Source of the DNA: Pseudobacteriovorax sp.
Lineage (GTDB): Bacteria; Bdellovibrionota_B; Oligoflexia; Oligoflexales; Oligoflexaceae
Direction: 5' to 3'
DNA length: 21,470 nucleotides
NCBI GenBank assembly: GCA_050293845.1
Contig: JBNKNM010000084.1
Coordinates: forward strand, 1-21,470
Shown here in pieces: positions 1-7,754 of the stretch; the stretch's first letter is position 1; each line of letters starts with the position of its first letter. The notes under the pieces were generated by a model. It was not told the origin of the DNA, made no database searches, and worked only from the letters and a program-made list of their open reading frames with translations. The translations under genes were made by a program, and so were the position numbers.

Positions 1-91
1 TGACCTTGATAATACCCTTATCAATAATCACAAAAACTTCTTGTTCAACAGGAGAAACGCCATCAAAGAGCAACCCCCTAAATCTATCCAT
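1..91 (-). CDS. 5' end of a CDS truncated by the window edge, probably an M48-family metallopeptidase
   Basis: ATG at 91-89 lies 5 nt after the YjgN stop, and the frame is open to the edge: MDRFRGLLFDGVSPVEQEVFVIIDKGIIKV. The G-x-x-FDG-x-S start resembles M48 peptidases commonly encoded after yjgN. The product call is inferred from only 30 aa plus context. Confidence 0.55.
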   Translation of the reverse strand, partial: MDRFRGLLFDGVSPVEQEVFVIIDKGIIKV

Positions 92-96
92 GAATT

Positions 97-1065
97 CTAA
101 ATTCCCATATCGACATCAAAAACATCCCCCCCTGTCTCCCCTAAAGCTGAACTTGCATCCGATTTAGCAGCCTTGATGGCAGCAAGGTCGATATTACCGT
201 CAAGTACTAGATTAGAAAGCAAAGCTTTTAGGGAATAAACCTGTACAAAAGGATAAGCTAAACCCAAGGTCAGTGGCACCAACAGCACATTTAATATGCC
301 TATAAATCCAATTTGCATACCGGTGACCTTTAAATGAAGCTTAGCGCTATCAATGGTAGTATGCAGTAGTAAGTAGCGGTATTTTCGGAGGATAGCCCAA
401 GGCATAAATAACCCTAAGGTCAAGATGATCCCTATGAAATTAGTAAATTGTAGCCAAAAAAATTCTCCACCCCGCCCTTTATAATCAAACTTTAAATCAC
501 CGTATGAGCTAGCCTTTATCAGAGATTCCCAAATATAATTGGTGAGAAAAGGAAAATAGAGACCTAAAGTGACATAGGACAATATAAATCTAAGATAAAA
601 GTTTTTAACGAAAGAACTTCTGACACTTCGATCCACATGAAAGCGCAAGCCCCGGTAACTTGTTCGGGTAATCCTATAACTATGAATACCAAATACCGCG
701 AAGGGTATAAATCCCAAAAAACTCAATAATAAAGTAAGACTAACGAGAGTATTGAGAGTCAAGTTGTCGGCTGTGACCTTTGAAAGAATAGCAAATAGTA
801 CGTATACTCCCAATACCTTGATATAGGAACGAAAGAGCTCTTCTCCCGTACCATGATATTCGAAAGGAATGCCATCAAGACTGGTATGGTTCCAGATAAA
901 TCGTCTGATATTGGTACGAGCCCAAGGATAGTAAATCCCAGCAGTGAAAAAACTTAAGAGTAAGTTTCTTAAGATAACCAGAAATAAATCGCTTCCTGCA
1001 CCTGTGAATTCAAAAGAATTCTTAGCATCAGATGATTGCGGTGTTGCGTGTAATTGCAGTTCCAT
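97..1065 (-). CDS. YjgN-family (DUF898) inner membrane protein
   Basis: 322-aa polytopic hydrophobic protein with family-typical repeated units: FEFTGAGSDLF..NLLLSFFTAGIYYPWA, FEYHGTGEELF, TSYRGLRF, FDYKGRGGEFF..TLGLFMPWA. GGAAGG SD upstream. Confidence 0.85.
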   Translation of the reverse strand: MELQLHATPQSSDAKNSFEFTGAGSDLFLVILRNLLLSFFTAGIYYPWARTNIRRFIWNHTSLDGIPFEYHGTGEELFRSYIKVLGVYVLFAILSKVTADNLTLNTLVSLTLLLSFLGFIPFAVFGIHSYRITRTSYRGLRFHVDRSVRSSFVKNFYLRFILSYVTLGLYFPFLTNYIWESLIKASSYGDLKFDYKGRGGEFFWLQFTNFIGIILTLGLFMPWAILRKYRYLLLHTTIDSAKLHLKVTGMQIGFIGILNVLLVPLTLGLAYPFVQVYSLKALLSNLVLDGNIDLAAIKAAKSDASSALGETGGDVFDVDMGI

Positions 1066-1284
1066 AGTGTAGACCTTCCCATATGTTAGGAACAGTGGCT
1101 GAGCATAGCGACCGATGAATTAGTTGCGCGCCTAGATACATTACTAGAAAGGTAAAACGGTAAAATATTGCAACCTTGCCCCATTATTTAAATGAGATTT
1201 TCTTAACAAGATATTATGACATATCTCAAGGCTCTCAACTCGAAAGCCTTGGTCGTAGCTATACTTTTTGTCATCAGATCCGGT

Positions 1285-3102
1285 TTATTTGCGTCGACAT
1301 TGGTCCTTTCCTTTCACACTCTTATATTTATATCCGGAAGGGCATGTAGGAGTCTTATATTCCGACTTTATTTTCGTACAACTATCTTCTCCCGATTTTA
1401 CACTGTATTGAAAGCCGCTAGGACATTTGACCCCCTTTGGTTTTTTGCCTTTTTTAGAACGGCATTCATCGGCTCCACGTTGTGCATGGGGCCCCGTCCA
1501 ATTTTTAGCTTTGTCAGTTACCAAAAGCTTACACTTAAGTTTGGCAGTTTGCTTTGTGGTACGTTTACACCGATCCTTGTTAAGGGGGTTGCGGGTTTGA
1601 TAACTCCAGCCTTTTAGACAGGTGGGTGATGCTAATTTTTTACAGACGTTCCGACCGATACCTAGTGCTCCACCTTTGTCACAATATTCATCTCCACCAC
1701 AATGATTATCTGCTTTACATTGGCAGACCCCTACATTATTACAGCTTCCTGTCGTACATTGTGCATTTTTAGAGCAAGAACCACCAAGGGGAACAGAGCT
1801 GAGGTATATGCACTTACCTATGGGCTTTCCTTTACAAACAGTGCCAGCAATGCATTGCTTGTCCGCACTGCATTTTTCCCCACTAGACTTAAGATCCTCA
1901 CAATAGTTGCGTTTACCATCAACCAGCGATTTTGCACAGTACTCATCATCATTGCAGTCGCTTGCAGTTTTACAAAATTGATCCTTAGCCACAGCATAGC
2001 GACGCGTGATAATCCATGGATATATTCCTTTTACTGCAGTAGGATTGTTGATACCACCCTTCGCAGCATAGTAACCTGATGTCGTTACTGAAGCAGCACT
2101 ACACATCAAATAGTCTTTACCTGGCTCGCTGCGACAGTTACGCCATTCATTTTTATCTCCTTTATCTTTCTCACGATATTCATCGTCAAGCCCCAAATAA
2201 TGCCCGGCTTCATGAGCTATGGTTTCTCCATAAGCCCCTGTATGGATATGCTTTAAATGGGCAAAGCCTGGAACATAGCGCGGTCTCTGATCAGGTTTTA
2301 AGGTTAGATATATATCCCAGGCGGTTTTGTCCCTCTTGAATGCTGTTTTTAGATCAGAGCTAATTTTATCATGATCGATGAACAAAACTTCCATGGTAAA
2401 GCCAGGGCGATTCCAAGCCTGCTCAATGGCGCTGCGCCAAAAATCGAAGTAGCGATCAAGTAATTTACTACCGTCATCTAAAACAAGATCTTTAGGTAAA
2501 CGACAGGCCAATCCATCATAAGTTCCATCCAAAAAACCATTATCAATTAGAAATTTCTTTTTCTTTTTCTTATTAGAAAAGGTTTCTTGGCCTTTATCGC
2601 ATTTTTTATTTCCTTGACCATTTACACTCATGATCCCCAACTGATAAGCAAGTTCATAGGAAATATCTAACCTGTTCTTTAAAGGCCTATTCGGAAAGTG
2701 CAGATCGATAGGTAGGGTAACAATCCAATTACCTTGTTCTCTGCGTATACGATAGCGATATTTTAAATCGGTAGCTGTCAATGCAGCGAGATGAAGACCA
2801 TAAAAATGGTATTTACCCTTTACAATCTTAGGTGGTAAATTCTCTGGAAAATCATGAGCTGTTGAAGGATCAATGGCCTTATCTATTTTATTGCCATAAT
2901 TGTCACGCTTTCTATTACAAGCTAGTACCCAAGCATTGTATTCACGATCCCCTGTATAGTCTGCGACTGCACTGGCGAAATCTTCTTGCTCCATAGTAGC
3001 CGCTTCTTCTCGGTAACGATCATTGATGGTACTTTTCACGCATAAATTGGCAAAGGCTAACCCTTCAAGAAATAACAACGAAATAAATAATGTCAGCTTC
3101 AT
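1285..3102 (-). CDS. Secreted zinc metalloprotease (metzincin-like, HExxHxxGxxD) with Cys-rich C-terminal repeats
   Basis: Signal peptide MKLTLFISLLFLEGLAFA. ATG 3102 is preferred over 3138 because it has GAGG 6 nt upstream and the putative promoter abuts 3138. HEAGHYLGLDDEY at 2214-2176 is followed by a Met-turn-like DYLM. About 230 aa of Cys-rich tail. Confidence 0.75.
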   Translation of the reverse strand: MKLTLFISLLFLEGLAFANLCVKSTINDRYREEAATMEQEDFASAVADYTGDREYNAWVLACNRKRDNYGNKIDKAIDPSTAHDFPENLPPKIVKGKYHFYGLHLAALTATDLKYRYRIRREQGNWIVTLPIDLHFPNRPLKNRLDISYELAYQLGIMSVNGQGNKKCDKGQETFSNKKKKKKFLIDNGFLDGTYDGLACRLPKDLVLDDGSKLLDRYFDFWRSAIEQAWNRPGFTMEVLFIDHDKISSDLKTAFKRDKTAWDIYLTLKPDQRPRYVPGFAHLKHIHTGAYGETIAHEAGHYLGLDDEYREKDKGDKNEWRNCRSEPGKDYLMCSAASVTTSGYYAAKGGINNPTAVKGIYPWIITRRYAVAKDQFCKTASDCNDDEYCAKSLVDGKRNYCEDLKSSGEKCSADKQCIAGTVCKGKPIGKCIYLSSVPLGGSCSKNAQCTTGSCNNVGVCQCKADNHCGGDEYCDKGGALGIGRNVCKKLASPTCLKGWSYQTRNPLNKDRCKRTTKQTAKLKCKLLVTDKAKNWTGPHAQRGADECRSKKGKKPKGVKCPSGFQYSVKSGEDSCTKIKSEYKTPTCPSGYKYKSVKGKDQCRRK

Positions 3103-3140
3103 AGAAATCCTCATGGTTACATGGCTATGTGACAACATGT

Positions 3141-3167
3141 GATTCGGCTAAGTCATAAAAAATTTTA
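3141..3167 (-). promoter_or_regulatory. Putative sigma28 (FliA) promoter for the secreted protease
   Basis: TAAA-N15-GCCGAATC against consensus TAAA-N15-GCCGATAA, 38 nt upstream of ATG 3102. Confidence 0.6.
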
Positions 3168-3298
3168 ATCTAGGTAATATATTTAGGGAGTAATTAGGTA
3201 AGTAATATATTATTGTTTCGGAGAGTGTTTTCTAATCACAACTTTAATCTATATGAAGTATAAATGAAGTAGCAAAGAGAAAGTCCGCATAAATTTAA

Positions 3299-3352
3299 AC
3301 CACTCTTTTATGAGAGGTATGGGTTGTGTGCACCCAAGCATAAAAGAGTGGT
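3299..3352 (-). terminator. Hairpin, probable terminator of the 3360-4082 lipoprotein gene
   Basis: Perfect 14-bp inverted repeat ACCACTCTTTTATG (3299-3312) / CATAAAAGAGTGGT (3339-3352) with inner stem TGGGT/ACCCA, starting 7 nt after the stop codon. AT-rich tail on the minus strand. Confidence 0.65.
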
Positions 3353-3359
3353 GGATCAC

Positions 3360-4082
3360 CTATTCCGCTGCATCTTCTCCATCGATTGCCGTAAACGTTG
3401 CGATCGCGCTCCGGCATGCTTCACTGGTAAGTTTTGCATTAAATACGGCCAATAAATCAGAGTTGACTTCACGGTGGTGATGAAGGGATAGACTGGCCTT
3501 ACCATCGTCTCGTTCTTCAGTTTTACCACCATCGGCAGCTCGTTCAGGGCGACGATGATGGTGGTTCCACAGTTTTCGATCCAAGAGACAAGCTTCTTTA
3601 ATGGGTTCAAATGCAGATTTTGCAGCTACCCATTGTTCCTGATTCTCTGCGATGCATTGCTGCATCGCTGCCCGATCTGACCTAAGAGCTTCAATGTATT
3701 GCTCCCTGACAGCCATAGCCGCTTTCCTCTTATCTTCCTCCGATAGGCTGTCATCTTTGTAAATTTCCTGAAGTTCAAATCTCACTGTATCAAGGAGGTC
3801 TTGATTAGGACTGCAGATGAGATCAAGCCTTTCTCTTATACTTTGCCGGATAAGTTTAATAGTTTCGAGTATAGCGGTAGCATCATCTGATAAACTGGTA
3901 TTGTTCTCCTCTTGATCCTCAATGGATTCACCATCATCCGTCAGTCCAAACTCATTAAGTAGTTGCGTAAAGTCAGCATTGGTATCGGTTTCTGAGCTTT
4001 GTCCCTCTTCCAACTGATCGGCAGTACCGCAAGAGGCCAGTACAATAGAAATAATTACTATTTTCATCGATTTAGTGAGCAT
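3360..4082 (-). CDS. Hypothetical lipoprotein, acidic and helical
   Basis: Lipobox IVLASC after a hydrophobic stretch, GGGAG SD, helical-looking body with four further Cys and two HHHR patches. Confidence 0.7.
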   Translation of the reverse strand: MLTKSMKIVIISIVLASCGTADQLEEGQSSETDTNADFTQLLNEFGLTDDGESIEDQEENNTSLSDDATAILETIKLIRQSIRERLDLICSPNQDLLDTVRFELQEIYKDDSLSEEDKRKAAMAVREQYIEALRSDRAAMQQCIAENQEQWVAAKSAFEPIKEACLLDRKLWNHHHRRPERAADGGKTEERDDGKASLSLHHHREVNSDLLAVFNAKLTSEACRSAIATFTAIDGEDAAE

Positions 4083-4123
4083 AGATTTTTAACTCCCATG
4101 TTAGTATCATCAGTCACATTTTC

Positions 4124-4150
4124 TTTTCGGGATAATTTTAATGCACTTTA
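4124..4150 (-). promoter_or_regulatory. Putative sigma28 (FliA) promoter for the lipoprotein
   Basis: TAAA-N15-CCCGAAAA (extended -35 TAAAG), 41 nt upstream of ATG 4082. Confidence 0.55.
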
Positions 4151-4374
4151 AACAAAGTTATATATTATTGATTTATTTAAATATTTTAATATTTGATTTT
4201 TATTTTTTAATATAAAGTGCACTCTAAAATATGCTAAGTTACTGATATAATTCTATTAGGGAAGTGATGGACATTATTAAATCAATACCGACTAAGCTTA
4301 AGGTGCAAAATTTTGCTATTTCTACTGACTACAAATCTATATCTCACTGATAATATTATATAAATCATCTCAAC

Positions 4375-4401
4375 TAAAGAGCATAATACCTATACCGATA
4401 A
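4375..4401 (+). promoter_or_regulatory. Putative sigma28 (FliA) promoter for the TIGR02147-lipoprotein operon
   Basis: TAAA-N15-ACCGATAA (extended -35 TAAAG; 7/8 match to GCCGATAA), 32 nt upstream of ATG 4434. Confidence 0.7.
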
Positions 4402-4433
4402 GTAAAAACAGAGGTGCAGAAAAAGGTTTATTT

Positions 4434-5306
4434 ATGATCTCAAAGGTACAGATAACCCAAATCACTAAGGCTTTGCCGGTTGAAACATACCTTAGTTATA
4501 AAGAATTTCTTGGGGATATCTTTCAAAAGATCCAGGAGTTCCAGCCAAGATATATCTTCAAGGATTTTGCCGAGCAATTAGGATACTCCCGTGAAAATAA
4601 CACTATTCGCCTTGTCATTCGCGGTAGTCGTATACTCAATAACAAAAAGGCTGATCAGGTTGCCCATGCCTTAGGTTTGTCTGGTAAGTCCCGCCAATAC
4701 TTTATCTTGCTAGTTCGCTTTAATAATGAAAAAATTCCAAACAATAGAGAAAAGTTGTTTCAGCAATTACTAGAAATACGCAAGAAAAAAGCAAAAACCC
4801 TTACAGAGGATCAGCTAGAATATTTTAGTTCCTGGTATAATCCTATTATTCGGGAGATGATGGCCCTTTCGTCCATCGATACCAGTCCTGAAAGTATTCA
4901 AAACAACCTCACCTTTAGCTTAAGGCTTGGCGAAATTAAAAAAAGTATCGAACTATTAGAGAGAATCGGTGCTATCAAGTACGATAGAAAGCGTAAACGT
5001 TTGCTTCCCTCTAGGGAAACATTAGAGACAGAACAAGATCTAGAGAACATGTCCATCATCAGATATCATCAGAAAATGATAGAAATGGGCAGAGAATCCA
5101 TCACCCAAGTAGACCCCGATCAAAGGTCTATTACTGGATTAACCCTTTGTATTCCCGAAGAATTGATCCCAACTATGAAAGATAAAATTGACAAACTCCT
5201 TGATGAGTTCGTAGAGCTAGAAGCGGATATTCCGTCCAGTCGCATCTATCAAGTTAATGTTCAGCTGTTTCCATTTTCGAGAAAAATGCGAAAGGTGAAG
5301 TCATGA
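4434..5306 (+). CDS. TIGR02147-family protein (N-terminal HTH-like region plus DUF4423), putative regulator
   Basis: Family-typical segments: YKEFL..FAEQLGY..VIRGSR.L..ALGL..YFILLV, YFSSWYNPIIRE, YHQKMIEMGRESI..R..TGLT, and C-terminal IYQVNVQLFP. Confidence 0.85.
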   Translation: MISKVQITQITKALPVETYLSYKEFLGDIFQKIQEFQPRYIFKDFAEQLGYSRENNTIRLVIRGSRILNNKKADQVAHALGLSGKSRQYFILLVRFNNEKIPNNREKLFQQLLEIRKKKAKTLTEDQLEYFSSWYNPIIREMMALSSIDTSPESIQNNLTFSLRLGEIKKSIELLERIGAIKYDRKRKRLLPSRETLETEQDLENMSIIRYHQKMIEMGRESITQVDPDQRSITGLTLCIPEELIPTMKDKIDKLLDEFVELEADIPSSRIYQVNVQLFPFSRKMRKVKS

Positions 5307-6316
5307 GTTACATCCTGTCTTTTTTATCACTATTCATAGCTCTGCACGCTTGCGGTACAAAGGTTGGCAATCCGGGAAAGCCTACCGAGAGCTCAAAAGT
5401 GACCTTACCGGATTTGGATATTGAGCTGGACTCCGCATTGGACTTGAGCCTAACGACAACAGACTACAGTTTAGAAGATACCCCCACAAGAAATAGGGCC
5501 ACAATAAGCGAACGAAGCTCTCAGTTAAAAATACTGACCGACCGTATCAACCGTTTGATCTCAGAGACTAGCCAAATCGTAGAATCCATCAATGGTGATC
5601 AGGTCTCTGGCGTAGGTGCCCACAGATCTCGTGGTCCCCAGAGAAATGTATCCCTTGAAATTATTATTGTCGAGGGTTCGGATCTATATGACTACGCAGC
5701 AGTTTTGTGCCATGGTAGGGATATCTTTATGGAGTTGTTTTGGAGCGCTGATGAGTCACGCATTCGGTTCCTCAATAATTTTAACAAGAAAATATCACCT
5801 CGTAAGGATTCTAGAGAGTTAATTACTGAAGTTCAGATTGAAAAACTTACAGATTCGAATCTGATACAACTATGGACTCAGGGAAAGCCTTGGGTGAGTT
5901 CGGACCTTGTAACCGATGGTGAAATCCTCACCGAATATGTATCAGCGACTCAGTTTAGCAATCGGAATTATATCGTCAGCGCTGTAGCCGATTGGAGTCC
6001 CTCTAGAATGCAAGATTTCGAAACAGAGATCGGAGATGAATACTTAGTTGGTACTCTTTTAAATTCAGGTAAGGAATTTATTGAATACAGAAAAGATCAT
6101 CCCCAGTGTGATCGGTTCGACGAATCCGTAGTATCCTCTCCAGGATGGTGTTTAGGGGGTTCTGTTGATCGACTAAACCCTAGATCTTATTCTCAAGATG
6201 AGATTGATAATGCCTGGGAAGACAGACTAAAAGCATACGGTCTATTGCCGTCCCAAGGACTGAAAGCTCCGCACTTTGTTTTCGATGAAGACATTTGCTG
6301 GGACATTATCGAATAA
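5303..6316 (+). CDS. Hypothetical lipoprotein with GTxVGNP N-terminal motif
   Basis: ATGA overlap with the TIGR02147 stop; lipobox LHAC followed by GTKVGNP; 337 aa. Confidence 0.75.
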   Translation: MSYILSFLSLFIALHACGTKVGNPGKPTESSKVTLPDLDIELDSALDLSLTTTDYSLEDTPTRNRATISERSSQLKILTDRINRLISETSQIVESINGDQVSGVGAHRSRGPQRNVSLEIIIVEGSDLYDYAAVLCHGRDIFMELFWSADESRIRFLNNFNKKISPRKDSRELITEVQIEKLTDSNLIQLWTQGKPWVSSDLVTDGEILTEYVSATQFSNRNYIVSAVADWSPSRMQDFETEIGDEYLVGTLLNSGKEFIEYRKDHPQCDRFDESVVSSPGWCLGGSVDRLNPRSYSQDEIDNAWEDRLKAYGLLPSQGLKAPHFVFDEDICWDIIE

Positions 6317-6364
6317 TACTAAAAACACTGCGTAAACCAGTTTCGTACCTATGGAGGGTAATGG

Positions 6365-7612
6365 TCAATAGGACCGTAATACCTCTTCGATGCGATCCAG
6401 CCCTCGTTCTAATTTTTCCATTTCGGGGCCAAAACTCAACCGTACATAGCCACGCAAGCGGGAAGGAAATAGCTGACGCCGTCTTCCAGGGTTGACATCA
6501 AAAAACTCACCGGGAACCACAATAACCTTTTCTTCAAGCATCCTTTCGAAAAAATCCATACCAAGGCGCAGCGGTTCAGGTAGGTTTTCCAAAGAAACAA
6601 AACAGTAAAAACTCCCGTTAGGCTCGCCATGAATTACAAAGCCAAGCTCTTGTATACGTTTCATCATAAAGCTACGCTTTCGGGAAAAGTTATCTTGAAT
6701 CACCTTAAAATGGTTATCAGCGACCTTAGCTTCTAATAGCGGTATGGCCGCAATTTGAATAGGGTGGGCAGCACCACCATCGAGAAATGACCCCGCTGAA
6801 GCCACTTTTTCAATAATTTCTTCAGGACCTACAGTCCATGATAACCGCAACCCCGGGTAACGCCAGTTTTTTGTGAGCCCATCGACAAGGACCACCGGAT
6901 CGGAATTGACATTCTCAACGTAAACGGCCGCACTTACAGGGCTGGGATGATCGTATACGTAGTGAGAATAAAACTCATCAAAAATTAAGACACACCCCGT
7001 ATCCCTGGCGATAGTGGTGAAACGCGATAACTCGTCTCCAAGAATGACCTGCCCTGTGGGATTACAAGGATTCGACATGAGAATGGCACCCAGTCCACGT
7101 GCGATCACCTCCTTTTCCAGCAGTTCAGAGCTGGCCCTGAAACCCTTGTCCTTTTCTACGACGATAGGAATAGGCACAAAGCTCATAAAAGCGGCGAATA
7201 ACTCCTCGTAGGCGGTATAATCTGGTAAAAAATGCCCCAGATTTACATTACCAAGGGCAGCCGCGATGCGCGTCAGCCCTACTCTTCCCCCAGCAGAAAT
7301 AGCTATATTCTTATATGAATATTGGGATTTTTTATTTTTTCTATATCGCTGATTGTACAATTGAGCTACTTGTTCCCGCAGCAGACGATTACCTGCTACA
7401 GGACTATATTCGCTGGAACTGACATCCACAGCAATTTGACTTATCCTATCAAAGTCACCCAAAAAGCGTCCCGTTTCAGGAGCCCCCTGACCTAGATTGA
7501 TCCAATCTTGATCTGGATAAGAAAACCCTAATTCCTCAGCCCTTGCCATGACATAGATAACACCTGTTTTCGGTACTGAGCGAAAACTATTAAAACTAGT
7601 TGGGATTTCCAT
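6365..7612 (-). CDS. PLP-dependent aminotransferase class I/II
   Basis: INLGQGAPE, SNPCNPTG, IFDEFY, PLP-lysine motif GLTKNWRYPGLRLSW, VVPGEFF, YVRLSFG. GGAGG SD. Confidence 0.92.
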   Translation of the reverse strand: MEIPTSFNSFRSVPKTGVIYVMARAEELGFSYPDQDWINLGQGAPETGRFLGDFDRISQIAVDVSSSEYSPVAGNRLLREQVAQLYNQRYRKNKKSQYSYKNIAISAGGRVGLTRIAAALGNVNLGHFLPDYTAYEELFAAFMSFVPIPIVVEKDKGFRASSELLEKEVIARGLGAILMSNPCNPTGQVILGDELSRFTTIARDTGCVLIFDEFYSHYVYDHPSPVSAAVYVENVNSDPVVLVDGLTKNWRYPGLRLSWTVGPEEIIEKVASAGSFLDGGAAHPIQIAAIPLLEAKVADNHFKVIQDNFSRKRSFMMKRIQELGFVIHGEPNGSFYCFVSLENLPEPLRLGMDFFERMLEEKVIVVPGEFFDVNPGRRRQLFPSRLRGYVRLSFGPEMEKLERGLDRIEEVLRSY

Positions 7613-7684
7613 AAATTTCCTCCAAATCTACAAAGGCTCCGTATGCCATACCCTCTCGTATTTTGCGAAACATTGCTCGAGACT

Positions 7685-7711
7685 TAAGAGTTTGGTTGTT
7701 TGTTCCGATGC
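7685..7711 (+). promoter_or_regulatory. Possible sigma28-like promoter for pilT
   Basis: TAAG-N15-TCCGATGC, 43 nt upstream of ATG 7755. Weaker match than the other three. Confidence 0.4.
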
Positions 7712-7754
7712 CCTCTATATTACTCCTTCATTAACACCAAAAGAAATTATCCCT

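Noticed and set aside
1227..1251. Small inverted repeat CAAGGCT/AGCCTTG after the protease gene
   Set aside because: 7-bp stem with no U-tract; too weak to call a terminator.
1216..2339. Plus-strand ORFs 1216-1617, 1702-2079 and 2079-2339
   Set aside because: Antisense shadows of the protease gene, with no recognisable motifs.
4287..4294. Second sigma28-like -10 element ACCGACTA
   Set aside because: No TAAA-like -35 at the 15-nt spacing (TGGA is found instead).
7692..7754. Longest-ORF starts for pilT (7692), and likewise clpA (17020), motB (18252) and the HTH gene (19261)
   Set aside because: Downstream ATGs have better SD sites or avoid overlap with neighbouring genes and promoters.
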